Shown here piece after piece: positions 39,101-54,100 of a DNA stretch of 64,000 nucleotides. The stretch's first letter is position 1. Every line of letters begins with the position of its first letter. Origin of the DNA: Haplodiscus bocki (Eukaryota); contig OZ296659.1 in NCBI GenBank assembly GCA_965655095.1, forward strand, positions 35,402,001-35,466,000. The letters are read 5' to 3'. The position numbers and the translations under genes were made by a program. The notes beneath the pieces were generated by a model. The model had not been told where the DNA came from and did not search any database. It saw only the letters and a list, made by a program, of their open reading frames with translations.

Positions 39101-42100
39101 CATCCGAAAATTCTGATGTGTTGGGTATTTGAGAAGAAACTACAGGCTTTTTCTAACATTGACTCTTTTTTAGTCATCGAAGCAACTTTTCTGACCTGTT
39201 TCAGGAGAATGCATTCCCCATCCTCTTCCTCATTTATCAGATAAACTCGTAGATCATGATGAAACATCAATTTCTGATAATTTGACAGTGCCTTTTTGCA
39301 AAGAGATCTGTTGCCATCAACTCCAGCAAGAGAGCAGTCGGGGGTCAAAAATAACCAGTCACTGCGACTGAAAAACAACTGATTCTTTTTGATAACTGTA
39401 TTCAAAACTATAGAAATTCATCTGCATTGGAAAATACGTTTTCTTATCACGTAACTTTATTGAATAGAAACTTGGAGAACCTGTATAAAAGTTAATACAA
39501 ACATTGAGTTCGTGAAACTTGCTGCCAAAATATTGACAACATAAAAATGAAATTATATAGCTGATTCATTAGGTGAATGCAATCAAGGAATTCATTAATG
39601 ACTTCACAATAAAAATCATCAACTTCGGATACAAAATCCCCGTCTCCATTTCATCCTGTTGTGTTCTCATTGAATATGTCCTTGCTTTTTTGACTGCTCT
39701 TCTGTTTTTGAAGGAAGAGTTCTTGAGATGTGGATAAGGAAACTTGTTTTGTATTTCACCTGAAGAGTGAAAATTCTGCTACTTATTTTTGAGTTAGATT
39801 TTGGAAACTGATCTCCAAAAAATAGCGCTTTAGAGATTAACGGAATTACTAACAACTACCAGCGAAATGTCTCGAAATCGTTTTCGAGCGTTTTTTAAAA
39901 TACCACTCTGCTGACTTCAGAACGTGCATTTTTGAGACAGGAGTAAAAACGTAGAAATGAGCCGGTTTTGATACGGGATTTTTGTTTTCAGGAAGAAATA
40001 CCGAAGTTGTAAACTTACTGAAGCTTCCGCTTGAAGTTCTGTTCAGTCCATTTCCTGGATCAAAGCCTAGGAATAGATACACGATTAGAAGGGCTAACGT
40101 CTGAAGGCATCAACACCCTCTGCATCTGCTTTTGATCTGCCACTTTTTTTTCAGATTTTTTCATGCAATCAGGGAGTCCCTCATTTCCCCAAATTGCCAC
40201 TCTTAGGTACCTCCAATACTTCTCTTTGTTGCAACCAATGCAGCTTTTGTCTGGAGTCTCGCCTTTTCAGAAACTTCCATCGCTCGCCATGGGCTCCGCC
40301 AATTCTGAATCAAGCTTGTGCTCTGACCTTTCGCTTTGCTTTCCGGCGGCATCTTTGAGCTGAATTGATGCGGTTCCATTCAAACACAAATTGCATTGAC
40401 TTCCTATAGAACCTCCCTCCAACCAGTTAATGAGAAAAAATGGACCCTTGCGTAAACTTAAGGTAACTCGGAGCTAACATATAATGGTATAGACGTTCTA
40501 TAATTTTCGCTAACAAGTGGCTTGAGCGAAACAACTTGTTCCTGTAAACTGTCATTCTGGGACTGCAAGACGTCTACGTTGTGCACCTTATTTCTTTCAC
40601 TTTATGCCAAAAATCAATCTTAATGTTTATTTAATATTTGATTGCACCGGAAACCACAATGTTGGCACATACCTTTCGTTTTTTTAATTGGGGAGGCTTG
40701 GGGCGGTATCTTCTTGTCTGAGACAAATGACTGGAACTTTTGTGTCCGCATGTATCAACTATCACCCAGAGGCTCACCTGCACTTCTGCGCACAGGTTTG
40801 CTTGATAAAACGGAGTTTGAGTTTAAGGATCACGACTCCATTCGCTTTCGTTTTCTGGACGGATACATCCGAAAATTCTGATGTGTTGGGTATTTGAGAA
40901 GAAACTACAGGCTTTTTCTAACATTGACTCTTTTTTAGTCATCGAAGCAACTTTTCTGACCTGTTTCAGGAGAATGCATTCCCCATCCTCTTCCTCATTT
41001 ATCAGATAAACTCGTAGATCATGATGAAACATCAATTTCTGATAATTTGACAGTGCCTTTTTGCAAAGAGATCTGTTGCCATCAACTCCAGCAAGAGAGC
41101 AGTCGGGGGTCAAAAATAACCAGTCACTGCGACTGAAAAACAACTGATTCTTTTTGATAACTGTATTCAAAACTATAGAAATTCATCTGCATTGGAAAAT
41201 ACGTTTTCTTATCACGTAACTTTATTGAATAGAAACTTGGAGAAGCTGTATAAAAGTTAATACAAACATTGAGTTCGTGAAACTTGCTGCCAAAATATTG
41301 ACAACATAAAAATGAAATTATATAGCTGATTCATTAGGTGAATGCAATCAAGGAATTCATTAATGACTTCACAATAAAAATCAGCAACTTCGGATACAAA
41401 ATCCCTGTCTCCATTTCATCCTGTTGTGTTCTCATTGAATATGTCCTTGCTTTTTTGACTGCTCTTCTGTTTTTGAAGGAAGAGTTCTTGAGATGTGGAT
41501 AAGGAAACTTGTTTTGTATTTCACCTGAAGAGTGAAAATTCTGCTACTTATTTTTGAGTTAGATTTTGGAAACTGATCTCCAAAAAATAGCGCTTTAGAG
41601 ATTAACGGAATTACTAACAACTACCAGCGAAATGTCTCGAAATCGTTTTCGAGCGTTTTTTAAAATACCACTCTGCTGACTTCAGAACGTGCATTTTTGA
41701 GACAGGAGTAAAAACGTAGAAATGAGCCGGTTTTGATACGGGATTTTTGTTTTCAGGAAGAAATACCGAAGTTGTAAACTTACTGAAGCTTCCGCTTGAA
41801 GTTCTGTTCAGTCCATTTCCTGAATCAAAGCCTAGGAATAGATACACGATTAGAAGGGCTAACGTCTGAAGGCATCAACACCCTCTGCATCTGCTTTTGA
41901 TCTGCCACTTTTTTTTCAGATTTTTTCATGCAATCAGGGAGTCCCTCATTTCCCCAAATTGCCACTCTTAGGTACCTCCAATACTTCTCTTTGTTGCAAC
42001 CAATGCAGCTTTTGTCTGGAGTCTCGCCTTTTCAGAAACTTCCATCGCTCGCCATGGGCTCCGCCAATTCTGAATCAAGCTTGTGCTCTGACCTTTCGCT

Positions 42101-45100
42101 TTGCTTTCCGGCGGCATCTTTGAGCTGAATTGATGCGGTTCCATTCAAACACAAATTGCATTGACTTCCTATAGAACCTCCCTCCAACCAGTTAATGAGA
42201 AAAAATGGACCCTTGCTTAAACTTAAGGTAACTCGGAGCTAACATATAATGGTATAGACGTTCTATAATTTTCGCTAACAAGTGGCTTGAGCGAAACAAC
42301 TTGTTCCTGTAAACTGTCATTCTGGGACTGCAAGACGTCTACGTTGTGCACCTTATTTCTTTCACTTTATGCCAAAAATCAATCTTAATGTTTATTTAAT
42401 ATTTGATTGCACCGGAAACCACAATGTTGGCACATACCTTTCGTTTTTTTAATTGGGGAGGCTTGGGGCGGTATCTTCTTGTCTGAGACAAATGACTGGA
42501 ACTTTTGTGTCCGCATGTATCAACTATCACCCAGAGGCTCACCTGCACTTCTGCGCACAGGTTTGCTTGATAAAACGGAGTTTGAGTTTAAGGATCACGA
42601 CTCCATTCGCTTTCGTTTTCTGGACGGATACATCCGAAAATTCTGATGTGTTGGGTATTTGAGAAGAAACTACAGGCTTTTTCTAACATTGACTCTTTTT
42701 TAGTCATCGAAGCAACTTTTCTGACCTGTTTCAGGAGAATGCATTCCCCATCCTCTTCCTCATTTATCAGATAAACTCGTAGATCATGATGAAACATCAA
42801 TTTCTGATAATTTGACAGTGCCTTTTTGCAAAGAGATCTGTTGCCATCAACTCCAGCAAGAGAGCAGTCGGGGGTCAAAAATAACCAGTCACTGCGACTG
42901 AAAAACAACTGATTCTTTTTGATAACTGTATTCAAAACTATAGAAATTCATCTGCATTGGAAAATACGTTTTCTTATCACGTAACTTTATTGAATAGAAA
43001 CTTGGAGAAGCTGTATAAAAGTTAATACAAACATTGAGTTCGTGAAACTTGCTGCCAAAATATTGACAACATAAAAATGAAATTATATAGCTGATTCATT
43101 AGGTGAATGCAATCAAGGAATTCATTAATGACTTCACAATAAAAATCATCAACTTCGGATACAAAATCCCCGTCTCCATTTCATCCTGTTGTGTTCTCAT
43201 TGAATATGTCCTTGCTTTTTTGACTGCTCTTCTGTTTTTGAAGGAATAGTTCTTGAGATGTGGATAAGGAAACTTGTTTTGTATTTCACCTGAAGAGTGA
43301 AAATTCTGCTACTTATTTTTGAGTTAGATTTTGGAAACTGATCTCCAAAAAATAGCGCTTTAGAGATTAACGGAATTACTAACAACTACCAGCGAAATGT
43401 CTCGAAATCGTTTTCGAGCGTTTTTTAAAATACCACTCTGCTGACTTCAGAACGTGCATTTTTGAGACAGGAGTAAAAACGTAGAAATGAGCCGGTTTTT
43501 ATACGGGATTTTTGTTTTCAGGAAGAAATACCGAAGTTGTAAACTTACTGAAGCTTCCGCTTGAAGTTCTGTTCAGTCCATTTCCTGAATCAAAGCCTAG
43601 GAATAGATACACGATTAGAAGGGCTAACGTCTGAAGGCATCAACACCCTCTGCATCTGCTTTTGATCTGCCACTTTTTTTTCAGATTTTTTCATGCAATC
43701 AGGGAGTCCCTCATTTCCCCAAATTGCCACTCTTAGGTACCTCCAATACTTCTCTTTGTTGCAACCAATGCAGCTTTTGTCTGGAGTCTCGCCTTTTCAG
43801 AAACTTCCATCGCTCGCCATGGGCTCCGCCAATTCTGAATCAAGCTTGTGCTCTGACCTTTCGCTTTGCTTTCCGGCGGCATCTTTGAGCTGAATTGATG
43901 CGGTTCCATTCAAACACAAATTGCATTGACTTCCTATAGAACCTCCCTCCAACCAGTTAATGAGAAAAAATGGACCCTTGCTTAAACTTCAGGTAACTCG
44001 GAGCTAACATATAATGGTATAGACGTTCTATAATTTTCGCTAACAAGTGGCTTGAGCGAAACAACTTGTTCCTGTAAACTGTCAGTCTGGGACTGCAAGA
44101 CGTCTACGTTGTGCACCTTATTTCTTTCACTTTATGCCAAAAATCAATCTTAATGTTTATTTAATATTTGATTGCACCGGAAACCACAATGTTGGCACAT
44201 ACCTTTCGTTTTTTTAATTGGGGAGGCTTGGGGCGGTATCTTCTTGTCTGAGACAAATGACTGGAACTTTTGTGTCCGCATGTATCAACTATCACCCAGA
44301 GGCTCACCTGCACTTCTGCGCACAGGTTTGCTTGATAAAACGGAGTTTGAGTTTAAGGATCACGACTCCATTCGCTTTCGTTTTCTGGACGGATACATCC
44401 GAAAATTCTGATGTGTTGGGTATTTGAGAAGAAACTACAGGCTTTTTCTAACATTGACTCTTTTTTAGTCATCGAAGCAACTTTTCTGACCTGTTTCAGG
44501 AGAATGCATTCCCCATCCTCTTCCTCATTTATCAGATAAACTCGTAGATCATGATGAAACATCAATTTCTGATAATTTGACAGTGCCTTTTTGCAAAGAG
44601 ATCTGTTGCCATCAACTCCAGCAAGAGAGCAGTCGGGGGTCAAAAATAACCAGTCACTGCGACTGAAAAACAACTGATTCTTTTTGATAACTGTATTCAA
44701 AACTATAGAAATTCATCTGCATTGGAAAATACGTTTTCTTATCACGTAACTTTATTGAATAGAAACTTGGAGAAGCTGTATAAAAGTTAATACAAACATT
44801 GAGTTCGTGAAACTTGCTGCCAAAATATTGACAACATAAAAATGAAATTATATAGCTGATTCATTAGGTGAATGCAATCAAGGAATTCATTAATGACTTC
44901 ACAATAAAAATCATCAACTTCGGATACAAAATCCCCGTCTCCATTTCATCCTGTTGTGTTCTCATTGAATATGTCCTTGCTTTTTTGACTGCTCTTCTGT
45001 TTTTGAAGGAAGAGTTCTTGAGATGTGGATAAGGAAACTTGTTTTGTATTTCACCTGAAGAGTGAAAATTCTGCTACTTATTTTTGAGTTAGATTTTGGA

Positions 45101-48100
45101 AACTGATCTCCAAAAAATAGCGCTTTAGAGATTAACGGAATTACTAACAACTACCAGCGAAATGTCTCGAAATCGTTTTCGAGCGTTTTTTAAAATACCA
45201 CTCTGCTGACTTCAGAACGTGCATTTTTGAGACAGGAGTAAAAACGTAGAAATGAGCCGGTTTTGATACGGGATTTTTGTTTTCAGGAAGAAATACCGAA
45301 GTTGTAAACTTACTGAAGCTTCCGCTTGAAGTTCTGTTCAGTCCATTTCCTGAATCAAAGCCTAGGAATAGATACACGATTAGAAGGGCTAACGTCTGAA
45401 GGCATCAACACCCTCTGCATCTGCTTTTGATCTGCCACTTTTTTTTCAGATTTTTTCATGCAATCAGGGAGTCCCTCATTTCCCCAAATTGCCACTCTTA
45501 GGTACCTCCAATACTTCTCTTTGTTGCAACCAATGCAGCTTTTGTCTGGAGTCTCGCCTTTTCAGAAACTTCCATCGCTCGCCATGGGCTCCGCCAATTC
45601 TGAATCAAGCTTGTGCTCTGACCTTTCGCTTTGCTTTCCGGCGGCATCTTTGAGCTGAATTGATGCGGTTCCATTCAAACACAAATTGCATTGACTTCCT
45701 ATAGAACCTCCCTCCAACCAGTTAATGAGAAAAAATGGACCCTTGCTTAAACTTAAGGTAACTCGGAGCTAACATATAATGGTATAGACGTTCTATAATT
45801 TTCGCTAACAAGTGGCTTGAGCGAAACAACTTGTTCCTGTAAACTGTCATTCTGGGACTGCAAGACGTCTACGTTGTGCACCTTATTTCTTTCACTTTAT
45901 GCCAAAAATCAATCTTAATGTTTATTTAATATTTGATTGCACCGGAAACCACAATGTTGGCACATACCTTTCGTTTTTTTAATTGGGGAGGCTTGGGGCG
46001 GTATCTTCTTGTCTGAGACAAATGACTGGAACTTTTGTGTCCGCATGTATCAACTATCACCCAGAGGCTCACCTGCACTTCTGCGCACAGGTTTGCTTGA
46101 TAAAACGGAGTTTGAGTTTAAGGATCACGACTCCATTCGCTTTCGTTTTCTGGACGGATACATCCGAAAATTCTGATGTGTTGGGTATTTGAGAAGAAAC
46201 TACAGGCTTTTTCTAACATTGACTCTTTTTTAGTCATCGAAGCAACTTTTCTGACCTGTTTCAGGAGAATGCATTCCCCATCCTCTTCCTCATTTATCAG
46301 ATAAACTCGTAGATCATGATGAAACATCAATTTCTGATAATTTGACAGTGCCTTTTTGCAAAGAGATCTGTTGCCATCAACTCCAGCAAGAGAGCAGTCG
46401 GGGGTCAAAAATAACCAGTCACTGCGACTGAAAAACAACTGATTCTTTTTGATAACTGTATTCAAAACTATAGAAATTCATCTGCATTGGAAAATACGTT
46501 TTCTTATCACGTAACTTTATTGAATAGAAACTTGGAGAAGCTGTATAAAAGTTAATACAAACATTGAGTTCGTGAAACTTGCTGCCAAAATATTGACAAC
46601 ATAAAAATGAAATTATATAGCTGATTCATTAGGTGAATGCAATCAAGGAATTCATTAATGACTTCACAATAAAAATCATCAACTTCGGATACAAAATCCC
46701 CGTCTCCATTTCATCCTGTTGTGTTCTCATTGAATATGTCCTTGCTTTTTTGACTGCTCTTCTGTTTTTGAAGGAAGAGTTCTTGAGATGTGGATAAGGA
46801 AACTTGTTTTGTATTTCACCTGAAGAGTGAAAATTCTGCTACTTATTTTTGAGTTAGATTTTGGAAACTGATCTCCAAAAAATAGCGCTTTAGAGATTAA
46901 CGGAATTACTAACAACTACCAGCGAAATGTCTCGAAATCGTTTTCGAGCGTTTTTTAAAATACCACTCTGCTGACTTCAGAACGTGCATTTTTGAGACAG
47001 GAGTAAAAACGTAGAAATGAGCCGGTTTTTATACGGGATTTTTGTTTTCAGGAAGAAATACCGAAGTTGTAAACTTACTGAAGCTTCCGCTTGAAGTTCT
47101 GTTCAGTCCATTTCCTGAATCAAAGCCTAGGAATAGATACACGATTAGAAGGGCTAACGTCTGAAGGCATCAACACCCTCTGCATCTGCTTTTGATCTGC
47201 CACTTTTTTTTCAGATTTTTTCATGCAATCAGGGAGTCCCTCATTTCCCCAAATTGCCACTCTTAGGTACCTCCAATACTTCTCTTTGTTGCAACCAATG
47301 CAGCTTTTGTCTGGAGTCTCGCCTTTTCAGAAACTTCCATCGCTCGCCATGGGCTCCGCCAATTCTGAATCAAGCTTGTGCTCTGACCTTTCGCTTTGCT
47401 TTCCGGCGGCATCTTTGAGCTGAATTGATGCGGTTCCATTCAAACACAAATTGCATTGACTTCCTATAGAACCTCCCTCCAACCAGTTAATGAGAAAAAA
47501 TGGACCCTTGCTTAAACTTAAGGTAACTCGGAGCTAACATATAATGGTATAGACGTTCTATAATTTTCGCTAACAAGTGGCTTGAGCGAAACAACTTGTT
47601 CCTGTAAACTGTCATTCTGGGACTGCAAGACGTCTACGTTGTGCACCTTATTTCTTTCACTTTATGCCAAAAATCAATCTTAATGTTTATTTAATATTTG
47701 ATTGCACCGGAAACCACAATGTTGGCACATACCTTTCGTTTTTTTAATTGGGGAGGCTTGGGGCGGTATCTTCTTGTCTGAGACAAATGACTGGAACTTT
47801 TGTGTCCGCATGTATCAACTATCACCCAGAGGCTCACCTGCACTTCTGCGCACAGGTTTGCTTGATAAAACGGAGTTTGAGTTTAAGGATCACGACTCCA
47901 TTCGCTTTCGTTTTGTGGACGGATACATCCGAAAATTCTGATGTGTTGGGTATTTGAGAAGAAACTACAGGCTTTTTCTAACATTGACTCTTTTTTAGTC
48001 ATCGAAGCAACTTTTCTGACCTGTTTCAGGAGAATGCATTCCCCATCCTCTTCCTCATTTATCAGATAAACTCGTAGATCATGATGAAACATCAATTTCT

Positions 48101-51100
48101 GATAATTTGACAGTGCCTTTTTGCAAAGAGATCTGTTGCCATCAACTCCAGCAAGAGAGCAGTCGGGGGTCAAAAATAACCAGTCACTGCGACTGAAAAA
48201 CAACTGATTCTTTTTGATAACTGTATTCAAAACTATAGAAATTCATCTGCATTGGAAAATACGTTTTCTTATCACGTAACTTTATTGAATAGAAACTTGG
48301 AGAAGCTGTATAAAAGTTAATACAAACATTGAGTTCGTGAAGCTTGCTGCCAAAATATTGACAACATAAAATTGAAGTTATATAGCTGATTCATTAGGTG
48401 AATGCAATCAAGGAATTCATTAATGACTTCACAATAAAAATCATCAACTTCGGATACAAAATCCCCGTCTCCATTTCATCCTGTTGTGTTGCTCATTGAA
48501 TATGTCCTGGCTTTGTTGATTGCTCTTCTGTTTTTGAAGGAAGAGTTCTTGAGATGTGGATAAGGAAATTTGTTTTGTATTTCACCTGAAGACTGAAAAT
48601 TCTGCTACTTATTTTTGAGTTAGATTTTGGAAACTGATTTCCAAAAAATAGCGCTTTAGAGATTAACGGAATTACTAACAACTACCAGCGAAATGTCTCG
48701 AAATCGTTTTCGTGCGTTTTTTAAAATACCACTCTGCTGACTTCAGAACGTGCATTTTTGAGACAGGAGGAAAAACGTAGAAATGAGCCGGTTTTGATAC
48801 CGGATTTTTGTTTTCAGGAAGAAATACCGAAGTCGTAAACTTACTGAAGCTTCCGCTTGAAGTTCTGTTCTGTCCATTTCCTGAATCAAAGCCCAGGAAT
48901 AAATAAACGATTAGAAGGGCTAACGTCTGAAGGCATCAACACCCTCTGCATCTGCTTTTGATCTGCCACTTTTTTTTCAGAATTTTTCATGCAATCAGGG
49001 AGTCCCTCATTTCCCCAAATTGCCACTCTGAGGTACCTCCAATACTTCTCTTTGTTGCAACCAATGCAGCTTTTTTCTGGAGTCTTGCCTTTTCACACAC
49101 TTCCATCGCTCGCCATGGGCTTCGCCAATTCTGAATCAAGCTTGTGCTCTGACCTTTCGCTTTGCTTTCCGGCGGCATCTTTGAGCTGAATTGATGCGGT
49201 TCCATTCAAACACAAATTGCATTGACTTCCTATAGAACCTCCCTCCAACCAGTTAATGAGAAAAAATGGACCCTTGCTTAAACTTAAGGTAACTCGGAGC
49301 TAACATATAATGGTATAGACGTTCTATAATTTTCGCTAACAAGTGGCTTGAGCGAAACAACTTGTTCCTGTAAACTGTCATTCTGGGACTGCAAGACGTC
49401 TACGTTGTGCACCTTATTTCTTTCACTTTATGCCAAAAATCAATCTTAATGTTTATTTAATATTTGATTGCACCGGAAACCACAATGTTGGCACATACCT
49501 TTCGTTTTTTTAATTGGGGAGGCTTGGGGCGGTATCTTCTTGTCTGAGACAAATGACTGGAACTTTTGTGTCCGCATGTATCAACTATCACCCAGAGGCT
49601 CACCTGCACTTCTGCGCACAGGTTTGCTTGATAAAACGGAGTTTGAGTTTAAGGATCACGACTCCATTCGCTTTCGTTTTCTGGACGGATACATCCGAAA
49701 ATTCTGATGTGTTGGGTATTTGAGAAGAAACTACAGGCTTTTTCTAACATTGACTCTTTTTTAGTCATCGAAGCAACTTTTCTGACCTGTTTCAGGAGAA
49801 TGCATTCCCCATCCTCTTCCTCATTTATCAGATAAACTCGTAGATCATGATGAAACATCAATTTCTAATAATTTGACAGTGCCTTTTTGCAAAGAGATCT
49901 GTTGCCATCAACTTCAGCAAGAGAGCAGTCGGGGGTCAAAAATAACCAGTCACTGCGACTGAAAAACAACTGATTCTTTTTGATAACTGTATTCAAAACT
50001 ATAGAAATTCATCTGCATTGGAAAATACATTTTCTTATCACGTAACTTTATTGAATAGAAACTTCGAGAAGCTGTATAAAAGTTAATACAAACATTGAGT
50101 TCGTGAAACTTGCTGCCAAAATATTGACAACATAAAATTGAAATTATATAGCTGATTCATTAGGTGAATGCAATCAAGGAATTCATTAATGACTTCACAA
50201 TAAAAATCATCAACTTCGGATACAAAATCACCGTCTCCATTTCATCCTGTTGTGTTGCTCATTGAATATGTCCTTGCTTTGTTGACTGCTCTTCTGTTTT
50301 TGAAGGAAGAGTTCTTGAGATGTGGATAAGGAAACTTGTTTTGTATTTCACCTGAAGAGTGAAAATTCTGCTACTTATTTTTGAGTTAGATTTTGGAAAC
50401 TGATCTCCAAAAAATAGCGCTTTAGAGATTAATGGAATTACTAACAACTACCAGCGAAATGTCTCGAAATCGTTTTCGAGCGTTTTTTAAAATACCACTC
50501 TGCTGACTTCAGAACGTGCATTTTTGAGACAGGAGGAAAAACGTAGAAATGAGCCGGTTTTGATACGGGATTTTTGTTTTCAGGAAGAAATACCGAAGTC
50601 GTAAACTTACTGAAGCTTCCGCTTGAAGTTCTGTTCAGTCCATTTCCTGAATCAAAGCCCAGGAATAGACACACGATTAGAAGGGCTAACGTCTGAAGGC
50701 ATCAACACCCTCTGCATCTGCTTTTGATCTGCCACTTTTTTTTCAGAATTTTTCATGCAATCAGGGAGTCCCTCGTTTCCCCAAATTGCCACTCTGAGGT
50801 ACCTCCAATATTTCTCTTTGTTGCAACCAATGCAGCTTTTTTCTGGAGTCTTGCCTTTTCACACACTTCCATCGCTCGCCATGGGCTTCGCCAATTCTGA
50901 ATCAAGCTTGTGCTCTGACCTTTCGCTTTGCTTTCCGGCGGCATCTTTGAGCTGAATTGATGCGGTTCTCTTCAAACACAAATTGCATTGACTTCCTATA
51001 GAACCTCCAACCAGTTAATGAGAAAAAATGGACCCTTGCTTAAACTTCAGGTAACTCGGAGCTAACATATAATGGTATAGACGTTCTATAATTTTCGCTA

Positions 51101-54100
51101 ACAAGTGGCTTGAGCGAAACAACTTGTTCCTGTAAACTGTCATTCTGGGACTGCAAGACGTCTACGTTGTGCACCTTATTTTTTTCACTTTATGCCAAAA
51201 ATCAATCTTAATGTTTATTTAATATTTGATTGCACCGGAAACCACAATGTTGGCACATACCTTTCGTTTTTTTAATTGGGGAGGCTTGGGGCGGTATCTT
51301 CTTGTCTGAGACAAATGACTGGAACTTTTGTGTCCGCATGTATCAACTATCACCCAGAGGCTCACCTGCACTTCTGCGCACAGGTTTGCTTGATAAAACG
51401 GAGTTTGAGTTTAAGGATCACGACTCCATTCGCTTTCGTTTTCTGGACGGATACATCCGAAAATTCTGATGTGTTGGGTATTTGAGAAGAAACTACAGGC
51501 TTTTTCTAACATTGACTCTTTTTTAGTCATCGAAGCAACTTTTCTGACCTGTTTCAGGAGAATGCATTCCCCATCCTCTTCCTCATTTATCAGATAAACT
51601 CGTAGATCATGATGAAACATCAATTTCTAATAATTTGACAGTGCCTTTTTGCAAAGAGATCTGTTGCCATCAACTTCAGCAAGAGAGCAGTCGGGGGTCA
51701 AAAATAACCAGTCACTGCGACTGAAAAACAACTGATTCTTTTTGATAACTGTATCCAAAACTATAGAAATTCATCTGCATTGGAAAATACATTTTATCAC
51801 GTAACTTTATTGAATAGAAACTTCGAGAAGCTCTATAAAAGTTAATACAAACATTGAGTTCGTGAAACTTGCTGCCAAAATATTGACAACATAAAATTGA
51901 AATTATATAGCTGATTCATTAGGTGAATGCAATCAAGGAATTCATTATTGACATCACAATAAAAATCATCAACTTCGGATACAAAATCCTCGTCTCCATT
52001 TCATCCTGTTGTGTTGCTCATTGAATATGTCCTTGCTTTGTTGACTGCTCTTCTGCTTTTGAACGAAGAGTTCTTGAGATGTGGATAAGGAAACTTGTTT
52101 TGTATTTCACCTGAAGAGTGAAAATTCTGCTACTTATTTTTGAGTTAGATTTTGGAAACTGATCTCCAAAAAATAGCGCTTTAGAGAATAACGGAATTAC
52201 TAACAACTACCAGCGAAATGTCTCGAAATCGTTTTCGAGCGTTTTTTAAAATACCACTCTGCTGACTTCAGAACGTGCATTTTTGAGACAGGAGGAAAAA
52301 CGTAGAAATGAGCCGGTTTTGATACGGGATTTTTGTTTTCAGGAAGAAATACCGAAGTTGTAAAGTTACTGAAGCTTTCGCTTGAAGTTCTGTTCAGTCC
52401 ATTTCCTGAGTCAAAGCCCAGGAATAGATACACGATTAGAAGGGCTAACGTCTGAAGGCATCAACACCCTCTGCATCTGCTTTTGATCTGCCACTTTTTT
52501 TTCATGCAATCAGGGAGTCCCTCATTTCCCCAAATTGCCACTCTTAGGTACCTCCAATACTTCTCTTTGTTGCAACCAATGCAGCTTTTGTCTGGAGTCT
52601 TGCCTTTTCAGAAACTTCCATCGCTCGCCATGGGCTCCGCCAATTCTGAATCAAGCCTGTGCTCTGACCTTTCGCTTTGCTTTCCGGCGGCATCTTTGAG
52701 CTGAATTGATGCGGTTCCATTTAAACACAAATTGCATTGACTTCTATAGAACCTCCAACCAGTTAATGAGAAAAAATGGACCCTTGCTTAAACTTCAGGT
52801 AACTCGGAGCTAACATATAATGGTATAGACGTTCTATAATTTTCGCTAACAAGTGGCTTGAGCGAAACAACTTGTTCCTGTAAACTGTCATTCTGGGACT
52901 GCAAGACGTCTACGTTGTGCACCTTATTTCTTTCACTTTATGCCAAAAATCAATCTTAATGTTTATTTAATATTTGATTGCACCGGAAACCACAATGTTG
53001 GCACATACCTTTCGTTTTTTTAATTGGGGAGGCTTGGGGCGGTATCTTCTTGTCTGAGACAAATGACTGGAACTTTTGCGTCCGCATGTATCAACTATCA
53101 CCCAGAGGCTCACCTGCACTTCTGCGCACAGGTTTGCTTGATAAAACGGAGTTTGAGTTTAAGGATCACGACTCCATTCGCTTTCGTTTTCTGGAGGGAT
53201 ACATCCGAAAATTCTGATGTGTTGGGTATTTGAGAAGAAACTACAGGCTTTTTCTAACATTGACTCTTTTTTAGTCATCGAAGCAACTTTTCTGACCTGT
53301 TTCAGGAGAATGCATTCCCCATCCTCTTCCTCATTTATCAGATAAACTCGTAGATCATGATGAAACATCAATTTCTAATAATTTGACAGTGCCTTTTTGC
53401 AAAGAGATCTGTTGCCATCAACTTCAACAAGAGAGCAGTCGGGGGTCAAAAATAACCAGTCACTGCGACTGAAAAACAACTGATTCTTTTTGATAACTGT
53501 ATTCAAAACTATAGAAATTCATCTGCATTGGAAAATACGTTTTCTTATCACGTAACTTTATTGAATAGAAACTTGGAGAAGCTGTATAAAAGTTAATACA
53601 AACATTGAGTTCGTGAAACTTGCTGCCAAAATATTGACAACATAAAATTGAAATTATATAGCTGATTCATTAGGTGAATGCAATCAAGGAATTCTTTAAT
53701 GACTTCACAATAAAAATCATCAACTTCGGATACAAAATCCTCGTCTCCATTTCATCCTGTTGTGTTGCTCATTGAATATGTCCTTGCTTTGTTGACTGCT
53801 CTTCTGTTTTTGAAGGAAGAGTTCTTGAGATGTGGATAAGGAAACTTGTTTTGTATTTCACCTGAAGAGTGAAAATTCTGCTACTTATTTTTGAGTTAGA
53901 TTTTGGAAACTGATCTCCAAAAAATAGCGCTTTAGAGAATAACGGAATTACTAATAACTACCAGCGAAATGTCTCGAAATCGTTTTCGAGCGTTTTTTAA
54001 AATACCACTCTGCTGACTTCAGAACGTGCATTTTTGAGACAGGAGGAAAAACGTAGAAATGAGCCGGTTTTGATACGGGATTTTTGTTTTCAGGAAGAAA

